In this document: positions 27,990 to 37,644 of the stretch, piece by piece
Layout of the letters: every line of letters begins with the position of its first letter
How positions within the stretch are numbered: the first letter of the stretch is position 1
NCBI GenBank assembly: GCA_900314745.1
Contig: OMWK01000005.1
Span: forward strand, 12,696-76,695
Length of the DNA stretch: 64,000 nt
Direction: 5' to 3'
From: an uncultured Eubacteriales bacterium
Lineage (GTDB): Bacteria > Bacillota > Clostridia > Saccharofermentanales > Saccharofermentanaceae
Made by a program: the position numbers and the translations under genes
Notes under the pieces: generated by a model
Databases searched by the model: none
The model's input: the letters and a program-made list of their open reading frames with translations, nothing else
Told to the model about the DNA's origin: nothing

Positions 27990-28005
27990 CGCCTTTCTTA
28001 CGGCG

Positions 28006-28075
28006 ACTATATGGCATTACATAACCGTTCTCAACAGCTTACACGGCAAGATGCATTTTGCCGCGGTAAGATGCA
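28006..28075 (-). promoter_or_regulatory. LytTR-system promoter: direct repeat upstream of the -35
   Basis: Minus strand TGCATCTTACCG (28064-28075) and TGCATCTTGCCG (28044-28055), 11/12 identical with a 20-nt period, then TTGAGA (28029-28034)-17-TATAGT (28006-28011). Confidence 0.75.
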
Positions 28076-28081
28076 CAAATA

Positions 28082-29317
28082 TCAGTCGAATCTCTCGTCT
28101 ATGACTCTCTTGGACTTCTTCTCGGATCTCGGGAGCAGGCCGATCTCGACAACCTTAACGATAGGTGTGAATCCGATTCTGGACTTAACTGCAGCTGCAA
28201 TCCTCTCACCGAGTTCATTGAAATCATACTCACCCGAAGTCTCGACATAGATCCTCATCGTGTCGCGGCCGTCGAGGTGTGATATGCGGATCTGATACTC
28301 GGAAGAGCACTCGGGGAATGTCTTCAGGATCTCCTCGATCTGAGCGGGGAATACATTGACGCCCTTGATCTTCATCATGTCGTCTGTTCTGCCCTTAATG
28401 ACATCGATACGGGGGAACTTAGAGCCGCACTTGCAGGGCTCGGGGATGATTCTGGACAGATCATGAGTCCTGTAACGGATAAGAGGAGCTCCCTCCTTAA
28501 CGAGAGTCGTGATAACGATCTCACCCCACTCGCCGTCCGGGAGCGGCTTCAGCGTAACAGGATCGATAATCTCAAGATAGATATAATCATCCCAGTAATG
28601 CATATACTTCTCGCCCGGGCAGTTGATGCCGATACCGGGGCCGTAGATCTCGGTAAGGCCGTAGATATCGAACAGTTCGATGCCGAGTTCATTGTGGATT
28701 CTCTCACGCATCTTATCGCCCCATCTCTCGGAACCGATGATGCCCTTCTTAAGATGGATCTTATCCTTGATACCTCTCTTCTCTATCTCTTCAGCAAGGA
28801 GCAATGCATAGGAAGATGTCGCACAAAGAACGGTGGACTTCATGTCCATCATGAACTGCAATTGCTTATCGGTATTGCCGGGTCCCATCGGAATACACAT
28901 GGCACCGAGCTTCTCGGCACCTAACTGGAATCCGATACCTGCGGTCCAAAGTCCGTATCCCGGAGTGATATGAATGCGGTCCATATTGGTGATGCCAGCC
29001 ATCTCGTAGCAGCGCTTGAACTGGATTGCCCAGTCGTCAACATCCTTGGCTGTATAGGGAATAATTACGGGAAGTCCCGTAGTTCCTGAAGAGGAATGGA
29101 TACGCACGATCTGATCCTCGGGTGCAGTCATGAGTCCCAACGGATATGCCTCACGAAGGTCGTTCTTCTCCGAGAAAGGAAGCTTCTCGAAGTCCTCTGC
29201 CGAGTTAACGCCCCTGATACCGGCTTCCTCGAGCTTCCTGCCATAGAAGCTTCCCGCCTTAACGAGCGCCTCGATCCTGCTGTTAACCTGCTCCAGTTGC
29301 TTGTCACTGATCCTCAT
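28082..29317 (-). CDS. paaK: Phenylacetate-CoA ligase family protein
   Basis: IHSSSGTTG, PGYGLWTAG, DIYGLTE, RYRTHDL, GRTDDMMKIKGVN. Confidence 0.92.
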   Translation of the reverse strand: MRISDKQLEQVNSRIEALVKAGSFYGRKLEEAGIRGVNSAEDFEKLPFSEKNDLREAYPLGLMTAPEDQIVRIHSSSGTTGLPVIIPYTAKDVDDWAIQFKRCYEMAGITNMDRIHITPGYGLWTAGIGFQLGAEKLGAMCIPMGPGNTDKQLQFMMDMKSTVLCATSSYALLLAEEIEKRGIKDKIHLKKGIIGSERWGDKMRERIHNELGIELFDIYGLTEIYGPGIGINCPGEKYMHYWDDYIYLEIIDPVTLKPLPDGEWGEIVITTLVKEGAPLIRYRTHDLSRIIPEPCKCGSKFPRIDVIKGRTDDMMKIKGVNVFPAQIEEILKTFPECSSEYQIRISHLDGRDTMRIYVETSGEYDFNELGERIAAAVKSRIGFTPIVKVVEIGLLPRSEKKSKRVIDERFD

Positions 29318-29326
29318 ATTCCCTCC

Positions 29327-29917
29327 TTAAATTGACGCATATTCCAAAGCCTTGAAGTTAAGCTCGTGGAACTGCGGTTTAACCTTCTTTACCAGTGCTT
29401 CCTTAATGTCTTCGATGCCGACTTCACCGAGGAAACCTCCCCTTGCGGCGGCACCTAAGAGCACCATGTTCATTACCTTCGCTGAACCTAAGTCTGCCAG
29501 CGCTTTATCCGTGTTGACGATAACAAGCTTGCCTATAAGTCCGCCTTCGAGGGACTTAAGATAATCCGTCATCTTGGAGCCCTCATAAGCAGAGCCCTGA
29601 AGCGCAGCAGTTACGGGCATCATCGCGCGGTCGGAAGTTATCACTGTGCCGCCTTGCTTAAGGTAGGACAAAGCACGCACTGTCTCCGCGGGTTCGAAGC
29701 CGATTATAAGATCCGCACACCCGCTTCCGATAAGAGGCGACGAACATGTTCCTATGCGGAGGTAACTTAATACACTTCCGCCCCTCTGCGCCATGCCGAT
29801 GGTCTCGGCAGATCTGACGCTTAAGCCTTTCGACATGGATGCGGCTGCAGTGAGCTTGCTCGCGAGAACAGTGCCCTGCCCTCCAACTCCGCAAAGAATG
29901 ATATTTGTTGTACTCAT
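29327..29917 (-). CDS. iorB: Indolepyruvate:ferredoxin oxidoreductase beta subunit
   Basis: GVGGQGTV, ETIGMAQRGGSV, NMVLLGA; start at ATG 29917 overlapping the iorA stop. Confidence 0.92.
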   Translation of the reverse strand: MSTTNIILCGVGGQGTVLASKLTAAASMSKGLSVRSAETIGMAQRGGSVLSYLRIGTCSSPLIGSGCADLIIGFEPAETVRALSYLKQGGTVITSDRAMMPVTAALQGSAYEGSKMTDYLKSLEGGLIGKLVIVNTDKALADLGSAKVMNMVLLGAAARGGFLGEVGIEDIKEALVKKVKPQFHELNFKALEYASI

Positions 29918-31734
29918 TCCTTCACCGCCTTTCCGATGGCATTGCAGGGGCAGACCTGCGAACACAGGCCGCACCCGTTGCAAAGAGCGGTATCAATTGC
30001 CACATGTCCGTCCTTAAGAACAACACCGGGGCAGCCGATCTCACGGATACACATCTTGCAGTCGACGCACTTATCGAGGTCGACCTCATAAGGCGTCTCG
30101 GGCTTAAACAGCACTGCGCACGGCGCCTCGAAAAGAATCGCCTTCACACCCGGCTCGTCTGCGACTTTCTTCACGACTTCCACTGCCTCATCAAGCTTGA
30201 AAGGATCCTGCCTTACCACAGTCTCCACGCCGATTCCCCTAAAGATGCTCTCGATGTCGATCTTATCCGTGAACTCTCCCATCATAGTATGGCCTGTTCC
30301 CGGGTGAGGCTGGTGACCCGTCATGGCCGTAGTCGAGTTATCGAGAACTATGAGCGTCATGTCAGCCTGGTTATAAACTGCATTTACGACACCCGTTATT
30401 GCAGAAGCAAAGAATGTTGAATCGCCTACAAACGCAAAGCACTTGGTATCGGGCTTAACCCTGCCGACTCCCTGTGCGATGCCAAGACCCGCACCCATGC
30501 AAAGACAGGTATCAACCATATCAAGAGGCATGGCGTTACCCAGAGTGTAGCAGCCGATGTCGCCTGCAAATATCGTCTCCTTGCCCTTCATGGCCTTCTT
30601 GACGGCATAGAAGGAAGCTCTGTGGGGACATCCCGCACAAAGCACCGGAGGACGCACCGGAAGCTCAGGAGTATTCATTTTCTCACAGGAAGGGAGTTCC
30701 CATCCCATAAAGTCACTTATGTATTTCTGTACAAGATCCGGCATGTTCTCGCCTGAACGGGCGACATGTCCCGTCAGCTTACCCGTAATCTTCACGTCAA
30801 TATGATTCTTACCGCACAACTGAAGAACATGTCTCTCGATATAAGGGTCAAGTTCCTCAATTACCAGGACTTCATCAACGTCATTAAGGAAAGTCGACAC
30901 CAGCTTATCAGGGAACGGAAACGGCGTGCTTATCTTAAGAAGAGACGGCACCTGTTTCTTATCTGACCGGGCTTTTGTAACTATATCCAAAGCATTGGCA
31001 AAGGATATTCCCTGCGAGATAACACCATAAGTTGTATTACCCTCGATGAATGTATTAGGTGACGAGCGGTAAGAGAACTCCGCCGACAGCTTATCATTGC
31101 GCTCCTCTATCTTCGCATGATTGGCGTATGAAAGCTTTGGAAATATTACCCAGCGCTTGGAATCCTTAACGAATCCCTCAGGCCTGTGGTCCTCATACTC
31201 CGCATAATCACGCACGTCGATGCTCTGGTAGGAGTGGCACACTCGCGTAGTGGGACGCATAAAAACGGGAGTACCGTACTTCTCGGAAAGCTCGAAAGCT
31301 TCGAAGATCATCTCATAAGCTTCCTTCGCATCTGAAGGATCGAAGCACGGAACCTTGGAATACTCTGCAAATGTCCTGGTGTCCTGTTCTGTCTGTGATG
31401 AGATCGGACCGGGGTCATCTGCAACAAGGACTACCATTCCTCCCTTTACGCCTACATACTCAAGGCTCATCAAAGGATCGGATGCGACATTAAGTCCCAC
31501 CTGCTTCATGGTAACCAGGGTTCTCGCTCCCGAATATGCTGCACCTGCGGCAACCTCCAGAGCGGCCTTCTCGTTGACGGACCACTCAACATATATGCTT
31601 CCGTCATTCTCTTTGGCTATAGTCTCGAGGACTTCAGTCGAAGGAGTACCCGGGTACCCTGCGACGAGATTGACACCTGCCGCTATGCAGGCCCTGCCTA
31701 TCGCCTCGTTTCCCATCAGAAATTCTTTATGCAT
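29914..31734 (-). CDS. iorA: Indolepyruvate:ferredoxin oxidoreductase alpha subunit
   Basis: GYPGTPSTE, MKQVGLNVA, LCAGCPHR, GDIGCY, GDSTF, two C-terminal 4Fe-4S motifs. Confidence 0.95.
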   Translation of the reverse strand: MHKEFLMGNEAIGRACIAAGVNLVAGYPGTPSTEVLETIAKENDGSIYVEWSVNEKAALEVAAGAAYSGARTLVTMKQVGLNVASDPLMSLEYVGVKGGMVVLVADDPGPISSQTEQDTRTFAEYSKVPCFDPSDAKEAYEMIFEAFELSEKYGTPVFMRPTTRVCHSYQSIDVRDYAEYEDHRPEGFVKDSKRWVIFPKLSYANHAKIEERNDKLSAEFSYRSSPNTFIEGNTTYGVISQGISFANALDIVTKARSDKKQVPSLLKISTPFPFPDKLVSTFLNDVDEVLVIEELDPYIERHVLQLCGKNHIDVKITGKLTGHVARSGENMPDLVQKYISDFMGWELPSCEKMNTPELPVRPPVLCAGCPHRASFYAVKKAMKGKETIFAGDIGCYTLGNAMPLDMVDTCLCMGAGLGIAQGVGRVKPDTKCFAFVGDSTFFASAITGVVNAVYNQADMTLIVLDNSTTAMTGHQPHPGTGHTMMGEFTDKIDIESIFRGIGVETVVRQDPFKLDEAVEVVKKVADEPGVKAILFEAPCAVLFKPETPYEVDLDKCVDCKMCIREIGCPGVVLKDGHVAIDTALCNGCGLCSQVCPCNAIGKAVKE

Positions 31735-31789
31735 AACTTAACCTCTGCAAGTAATTACCAACTTAGAGATTATACAACAAATAAAGAAA

Positions 31790-31815
31790 GACCGCTCCGT
31801 ATAAACGAAGCGGTC
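31790..31815 (-). terminator. Intrinsic terminator of fba
   Basis: Minus strand GACCGCTTCG-TTTATA-CGGAGCGGTC followed by TTTCTTT. Confidence 0.8.
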
Positions 31816-31843
31816 AGTAAACAATTCGATCGTTTCTTTAAGA

Positions 31844-32812
31844 TCAGATCTTTCCGTCAGAACCGAGAACATACTTGATCTTATGGGCAACCATATCCTT
31901 AACAGCCTGACGAGCGGGCTTCAGGTACTGACGAGGATCGAAGTGATCAGGATGCTCTGCGAAGTACTTTCTGATGTTACCTGTCATAGCAAGACGGATA
32001 TCGGAGTCGATATTGATCTTGCAGACTGCGAGCTTAGCTGCCTCACGGAGCTGCTCCTCAGGGATACCAACAGCATCAGGCATGTTTCCGCCGTACTCGT
32101 TAACCATCTTAACGAATTCCTGAGGTACGGAAGAAGAACCGTGCAGAACGATAGGGAATCCGGGAAGTCTCTTGATGCACTCTTCGAGAACGTCAAAGCG
32201 AAGCGGAGGAGGTACGAGGATACCGTCAGCGTTTCTTGTGCACTGAGCAGCTGTGAACTTATAAGCACCGTGTGATGTACCGATTGCGATAGCGAGGGAG
32301 TCGCAGCCTGTTCTGGAAACGAACTCTTCAACTTCTTCAGGTCTTGTGTAAGCTTCCTTACCGGACTCTACAGCAACCTCATCCTCGATACCAGCGAGAG
32401 TACCAAGCTCAGCCTCAACAACTACGCCGTGAGCATGTGCATACTCAACAACCTGCTTTGTGAGGGCGATATTCTCTTCAAAAGGCTTGGAAGAAGCATC
32501 GATCATGACAGATGTGAAACCGCCGTCGATACAGTTCTTACAAAGTTCGAATGTGTCACCGTGGTCAAGGTGCAGTGCGATCGGGATCTGAGGATTCTCG
32601 ATAACTGCTGCCTCAACGAGCTTTACGAGATATGTGTGATTAGCGTAAGCTCTTGCGCCCTTGGAAACCTGAAGGATAACAGGGCTGTTAAGCTCGCCTG
32701 CTGCCTCTGTGATTCCCTGAACGATCTCCATGTTGTTAACGTTGAAAGCACCGATAGCGTAACCGCCGTCATAAGCCTTCTTGAACATTTCGGTAGTTGT
32801 TACCAATGGCAT
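31844..32812 (-). CDS. fba: Class II fructose-1,6-bisphosphate aldolase
   Basis: LHLDHG, VEAELG, IGTSHGAYK, VLHGSS, KINIDSD. Confidence 0.96.
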   Translation of the reverse strand: MPLVTTTEMFKKAYDGGYAIGAFNVNNMEIVQGITEAAGELNSPVILQVSKGARAYANHTYLVKLVEAAVIENPQIPIALHLDHGDTFELCKNCIDGGFTSVMIDASSKPFEENIALTKQVVEYAHAHGVVVEAELGTLAGIEDEVAVESGKEAYTRPEEVEEFVSRTGCDSLAIAIGTSHGAYKFTAAQCTRNADGILVPPPLRFDVLEECIKRLPGFPIVLHGSSSVPQEFVKMVNEYGGNMPDAVGIPEEQLREAAKLAVCKINIDSDIRLAMTGNIRKYFAEHPDHFDPRQYLKPARQAVKDMVAHKIKYVLGSDGKI

Positions 32813-32896
32813 AAGCTACAATCTCCTTTGAATAATGTTAGGATAGAATGCTTGTCGAACCTGATCAACAAACTTCTTGTATTTTACCATATATAT

Positions 32897-34483
32897 TCAG
32901 GAATTAGTACGAGTAACTCTATAGATATCAACATCATAGGTTCCATAACCTATCTCATTGGTATAAGGCATGTAATAGGAACCCATATACTCTATCGATA
33001 TACCGTCAGCGTCCTTAAAGTAATATTCATAGTACGAGATCGGCTCGAGATCATATAACTCAAAATCAAATGCACTGAATATATAGCATTCGTCCGTGTA
33101 ATCCCATACCTCATCAGCCTGATCGATGTAGGTATAGTCCAGATCAAAGACGTCGTAGCTCTGAAGCACCGTAAAGGTCTCCTGCGTTACATAATGGCTC
33201 GATTCCGGGAAATAGTAACCCGCCACTCCCAAAGTCTCCTCATAGAAGTGGATGAACACGGGATTTCCGCCCGCCATCGCAGTGACATCGGAGATCATCC
33301 GGTCTCTGTCGTTGTTACTGACAATGCGGTATTCTCCGTAAGCGTTCACGAAGAAGGTGACCGTCATGAAAGCTACAAGGATGATCGCAGGAACTTTCCT
33401 GTTCTTACACAAAGTCACAAGACAGGCAACGAATACTATGCCCGCTCCCGAGAGAATGTAGAAGTATCTGTTAGCAAATATCGGTAGAACGAATTTTGTC
33501 ACGAGGAAGAATCCCGTCACAGAAAGTCCCAGAGTAATTGTTAAGTATATGAGCTTATAAAGATTGGGCCAGCCTTCCTTGATCTGCTTGACGCTTACAA
33601 GCTCGCTCAGCCTGTTAACTTCCCTGAATCGTCCCTTCTTAATAAGCAGGAGGTAATTGATGAACGGCATGAAGATTATGAGCACTACTGACGGGAAAGC
33701 AAAAAGAAGGTTCCCGTAGCTTATGACCATGCCGATGAAAGCAATATACAGAGCATAAGGCCATGTATTCGTGCTGTTCCAGAAGTGATCCATGGCATTT
33801 CCGGCCTGTCCGAGAAGAACTATCAGCCACGGTATGTAAAGCACCGCAACAATAACGCCGCTTATAAGGAACTTTTTTACGTTATCCTTCTTCTTCATTA
33901 TGATCGAACCGATAACGTTGACGCCGTAAACGCAGAACGCCGCGATCAGTGAGACGTTATGCGTATACATGCACATGAGCGCAAAGACAGTAAACTTAAC
34001 AAGGTCACTCTTCTTATCGCCGAAGAATGCAAGCATCGAATAGATGAACATTCCCGTCGTCAGAACATAAGCCAGTACCGTGGGCCTTATGGCAACACCA
34101 AAATAATAGTTATATCCGGAAACAAGGAAAAGAAATGCGGCAAGAAAAGCACACGTCTTCCCCATGAGTCTTCGAAGGGGAAACATGGCCAGAAAGAAAA
34201 GCACAGACAGAATGATTGCCGTGCAAAGACGAAGGCTCAGAAGGCCGGTGCCGAACACCTCCGAGAAGATCTTCAGAACTATCGAGTACAGCGGCGGGCT
34301 GTAGTCGAGCTTGATAAGATCGAACATCTCCTTCCACGAATGAAGGTTCAGAAAATACTGATATGAATTATCGTAAGCCGTGCAGTTCTCATGGCACAGA
34401 ACAAAGCTCCATACCAAAAGTGCAGCTGTGAAAGCGAAGCCTGCAAGCGCATACAGTATCGATGTTTTCTTAGTCTTCTCCAT
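32897..34483 (-). CDS. GT-C fold membrane glycosyltransferase-like protein (GT39/PMT_2-like)
   Basis: Many TMs; first loop AYDNSY...DYSPPLY; NRYF motif; soluble acidic C-terminal domain. Confidence 0.7.
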   Translation of the reverse strand: MEKTKKTSILYALAGFAFTAALLVWSFVLCHENCTAYDNSYQYFLNLHSWKEMFDLIKLDYSPPLYSIVLKIFSEVFGTGLLSLRLCTAIILSVLFFLAMFPLRRLMGKTCAFLAAFLFLVSGYNYYFGVAIRPTVLAYVLTTGMFIYSMLAFFGDKKSDLVKFTVFALMCMYTHNVSLIAAFCVYGVNVIGSIIMKKKDNVKKFLISGVIVAVLYIPWLIVLLGQAGNAMDHFWNSTNTWPYALYIAFIGMVISYGNLLFAFPSVVLIIFMPFINYLLLIKKGRFREVNRLSELVSVKQIKEGWPNLYKLIYLTITLGLSVTGFFLVTKFVLPIFANRYFYILSGAGIVFVACLVTLCKNRKVPAIILVAFMTVTFFVNAYGEYRIVSNNDRDRMISDVTAMAGGNPVFIHFYEETLGVAGYYFPESSHYVTQETFTVLQSYDVFDLDYTYIDQADEVWDYTDECYIFSAFDFELYDLEPISYYEYYFKDADGISIEYMGSYYMPYTNEIGYGTYDVDIYRVTRTNS

Positions 34484-34537
34484 AACCTGCTTATGATACC
34501 ATAATTATCACTTAACCGTCAGTTTATTACCATGCGG

Positions 34538-35425
34538 TTAAAGAGGAAATGCCACGGCCTCACGGTACAGCGTCTGCAAGGTTTCTATGAAGTGATCCAG
34601 GCTTTTCCTGCTGTCAGTCTTATGCGTACACAGCACCAGGTGGAATCGCTCCTCACAGTCAAACGGTATCCAGGACAAAAGCCCGCTGTGATCATTCAAA
34701 AATCCCGGTGCCAGGCAGATCCCTCTTCCCGATGCAACGTTTATGCAAGTGCTGTCGTGATCCGGACTGTTAAAGTAGTCTATCCTGCCTGATGATATAA
34801 GTCTTTGCTGTACCTGCTTAAGCGCAGGCGGCGACCCGCCTCCGACCATCAAAGTCCTGCCGTAAAGATCCTCTTCCCTTATCAGGTCTTTTGAAGCCAA
34901 TGGATCGTTCCTTTCAGAAATGAGATAGATTCTGGAATCAAAGAGCTTATGCACATTTATGCCCGGAATATGCCTGGTCTGCTCCTCAAGCGCAAAGAAC
35001 ACATCAGCCTCACCTTTAAGAAAGGTCTCGATGCCGTTCTCATACTGAAAGACCGGAGTTATCTGAACTCCGGGCATGTCATTCCCGAATCTTCGTATCG
35101 CTTCAGGAAGAAAGTAAACAGCCTGCCTTACCATGAGACAAATGCTTATATTATCCGTGTATCTGGCACTGAAGTTCTGCCCGAGTTCAATGGCACGCTT
35201 CAGCTCCTTCCTCATTCCCGTAAGATACTGTGTAAACTGCTCACCTGCGGGCGTAAGGGATGCACCTTTCCCGCCCCTCTCGAAAATTGCAAAGCCGACC
35301 TCCTCTTCAAGAAGCCTTATCTGATAAGAGAATGTCGGCTGACTCACAAAACAGTTCTCCGCAGCTCTGCTGAAGTTAAGCGTATGCGCAAGTTCTATAC
35401 AGTAATCTATCTGTTTTGTATTCAT
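34538..35425 (-). CDS. LysR family transcriptional regulator
   Basis: LNFSRAAENCFVSQPTFSYQIRLLEEEVG...LTPAG; divergent from the flavodoxin operon. Confidence 0.95.
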   Translation of the reverse strand: MNTKQIDYCIELAHTLNFSRAAENCFVSQPTFSYQIRLLEEEVGFAIFERGGKGASLTPAGEQFTQYLTGMRKELKRAIELGQNFSARYTDNISICLMVRQAVYFLPEAIRRFGNDMPGVQITPVFQYENGIETFLKGEADVFFALEEQTRHIPGINVHKLFDSRIYLISERNDPLASKDLIREEDLYGRTLMVGGGSPPALKQVQQRLISSGRIDYFNSPDHDSTCINVASGRGICLAPGFLNDHSGLLSWIPFDCEERFHLVLCTHKTDSRKSLDHFIETLQTLYREAVAFPL

Positions 35426-35462
35426 GGAACACCTCGCATGCTATTTAATTCTTAAATTGATT

Positions 35463-35507
35463 ATACAGCATTTCTATTGGACTTATAAATAATTCAACAG
35501 CGATAAT
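35463..35507 (+). promoter_or_regulatory. LysR T-N11-A box and promoter of the flavodoxin operon
   Basis: ATACAGCATTTCTAT (ATA-N9-TAT) at 35463-35477 next to TGGACT-18-GATAAT. Confidence 0.45.
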
Positions 35508-35552
35508 GTAATCACAAGAGTAAATCAGATCACCCCAAAGGAGGATAAGATC

Positions 35553-36074
35553 ATGGCAAAAGTATTGATAGCATTCTTCTCCAGAGCAGATGAGAATTAT
35601 TTCGGCGGAGCGATGAGATATGTGACTGTCGGCAACACAGAAATCGCTGCAGGGCTTGCCAAGGAACTGACCCACGCGGACACCTTTAAGATCGAGATGC
35701 AAAAGCCCTACTCTCCCGTATACCTGACCTGCATCGATGAAGCGAAGAAAGATTTAAGGGAGAACGCACGTCCTGAGCTTACTAACTACCTTGAGAGCAT
35801 AGATGAATACGACACCATTGTGCTCGGATACCCAAACTACTGGGGAACGATACCGATGGCAGTGGCTACATTCCTTGAAAGATATGATTTTACGGGTAAG
35901 ACGATCCTCCCCTTCTGCACCAACGAAGGAAGCGGAATGGGATCTTCCGAACGTGATGTTAAGAAGTACGCTAAAGGAGCTGATGTTAAGAATGGACTGT
36001 CGATTACGGGCTCCCAGGCAGCAAATTCAAAAGATGACCTTAAGAAATGGCTTGCAGCTAACGGAATAATCTAA
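35553..36074 (+). CDS. Flavodoxin (Flavodoxin_4 type)
   Basis: AFFSRADENY...GNTE, LGYPNYWGT, PFCTNEGSG; AAGGAGG RBS. Confidence 0.92.
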   Translation: MAKVLIAFFSRADENYFGGAMRYVTVGNTEIAAGLAKELTHADTFKIEMQKPYSPVYLTCIDEAKKDLRENARPELTNYLESIDEYDTIVLGYPNYWGTIPMAVATFLERYDFTGKTILPFCTNEGSGMGSSERDVKKYAKGADVKNGLSITGSQAANSKDDLKKWLAANGII

Positions 36075-36090
36075 GGAGACGATATCTGAT

Positions 36091-36675
36091 ATGGAATACA
36101 CCAAAGGTTATGTTTATGAATTAATGGACCAGGGAGGTCCGACTGACAACAGAGAACCTTACTTCAGGGAAGCTGTTGAAGAGATGATGAGAGCAAGAGT
36201 TCTCTGTGCCAAAGCAAATGCGTGCATGCCTGATGATCCCGCTTATGTAGGATACCTGGAAGAACTCTTCGGAAGAAAACTTGATGATGTAAGGATACTT
36301 ACCCCGTTTACATGTGATTTCGGAAACCGTGTAAAATTCGGCAAAGGAGTATTTATCAATCATTCAGCAATCCTTTCCGCATCCGGCGGCATCGAATTCG
36401 AAGACGGAGTAATGTCCGCACCGGGACTTCACATCGCGAGCATCAACCACGATATGAACGAACGGCACACCAAATACACTTATGGAAAAGTTCTCGTTAA
36501 AAAGAATGCCTGGCTTGGGATGAACGTAACGATCTGTCCGGGCGTCACGATTGGAGAATACGCAGTAGTGGCAGCAGGCGCAGTAGTAACAAAGGACGTA
36601 CCTGCATATGCAGTAGTCGGAGGAGTACCTGCAAAAGTCATAAAGATGCAGGATTCATCGCAGCAGAAAGAATAA
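36091..36675 (+). CDS. Sugar O-acetyltransferase (Maa/LacA hexapeptide family)
   Basis: PFTCDFG, hexapeptide repeats, AWLGMNVTICPGVTIG...GAVVTKDVP...GGVPAKVIK. Confidence 0.9.
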   Translation: MEYTKGYVYELMDQGGPTDNREPYFREAVEEMMRARVLCAKANACMPDDPAYVGYLEELFGRKLDDVRILTPFTCDFGNRVKFGKGVFINHSAILSASGGIEFEDGVMSAPGLHIASINHDMNERHTKYTYGKVLVKKNAWLGMNVTICPGVTIGEYAVVAAGAVVTKDVPAYAVVGGVPAKVIKMQDSSQQKE

Positions 36676-36689
36676 AGGAGAAATTCAAA

Positions 36690-37529
36690 ATGGAATACGT
36701 AACACTTAACAACGGGATCAAATGTCCTGCAATCGGAATCGGCACTTATATGCTTAAGCCGGAAGATGCCAGAAACAGCGTCAGGGAAGCACTTAAGATG
36801 GGATACTCTCTTATCGATACGGCAAACGCATATGTCAACGAGAGAGCTGTCGGAAGAGGAATGAAGGAAAGCGGCATCAAGCGAGAGGACATCTTCCTCT
36901 CCACCAAGCTCTGGCCGAGCGAATACGAGAATCCCGATGCTGTCAACGAGACCCTTGCAAGGCTGGGCGTCGACTATGTAGATCTCCTCTATATCCATCA
37001 GCCGGCAGGCAACTGGCTAGAAGGCTACCGTCTTCTCGAGAAAGCATATAAGGAAGGCAAAGCAAGAAGCATCGGCATCTCCAATTTCGAGGGGAGGTAC
37101 ATAGAAGAGCTCGAGACGAAGTGGGAGATCGCACCGCAGTTCATACAGGTTGAAGCGCACCCCTACTTCACCCAGAAAGAGCTTCGCAAGACACTCGACA
37201 AGTACGATATCAAGCTTATGAGCTGGTATCCTCTGGGACACGGCGACAAGTCGCTTATAAACGAGCCCGTCTTCGCAGAACTCGGAAAGAAATACGGCAA
37301 GAGCCCGGCCCAGATCATTCTTCGCTGGCATACGCAGATGGGATTTGTAGTAATACCCGGAAGCAAAAATGTCGATCACATCAGGGACAATCTGAACATC
37401 CTGGACTTCACTCTTACAGACGAAGAGATGCAGACGATCGCCAGACTCGATAAGGGGCAAAGATACTACCACAGGACCGAAGAACAGCTCGTTCAGTTCG
37501 CCGCCTGGCATCCGAAGTTCGAGACCTGA
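36690..37529 (+). CDS. Aldo/keto reductase (DkgA-like)
   Basis: IGIGTY, IDTANAY, LSTKLW, DLLYIHQP, SIGISNF, QVEAHPY, VIPGS. Confidence 0.95.
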   Translation: MEYVTLNNGIKCPAIGIGTYMLKPEDARNSVREALKMGYSLIDTANAYVNERAVGRGMKESGIKREDIFLSTKLWPSEYENPDAVNETLARLGVDYVDLLYIHQPAGNWLEGYRLLEKAYKEGKARSIGISNFEGRYIEELETKWEIAPQFIQVEAHPYFTQKELRKTLDKYDIKLMSWYPLGHGDKSLINEPVFAELGKKYGKSPAQIILRWHTQMGFVVIPGSKNVDHIRDNLNILDFTLTDEEMQTIARLDKGQRYYHRTEEQLVQFAAWHPKFET

Positions 37530-37547
37530 TAATTTTACACCAATAAA

Positions 37548-37569
37548 AACGCCGGGAATTCCCGGCGTT
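37548..37569. terminator. Palindromic terminator between convergent genes
   Basis: Perfect palindrome AACGCCGGGAATTCCCGGCGTT with an A-tract on its left (T-tract on the minus strand). Confidence 0.8.
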
Positions 37570-37644
37570 CATTATTACGATTGTTATCTTCGTTCCGCTT
37601 ACTGTCTATGATCCGCTTCCTTTAATAACGACTCAATAACAGTA

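Noticed and set aside
23710-28080. Classical tRNA-anchored integrative island with att duplication
   Set aside because: No duplicated tRNA-Glu 3' end and no integrase were seen. The same holds for the Gly, Gln and Lys tRNAs.
34520-37580. TTATTAC 7-bp direct repeat at both ends of the LysR module as a target-site duplication
   Set aside because: A 7-mer in AT-rich intergenic gaps of this size is expected by chance.
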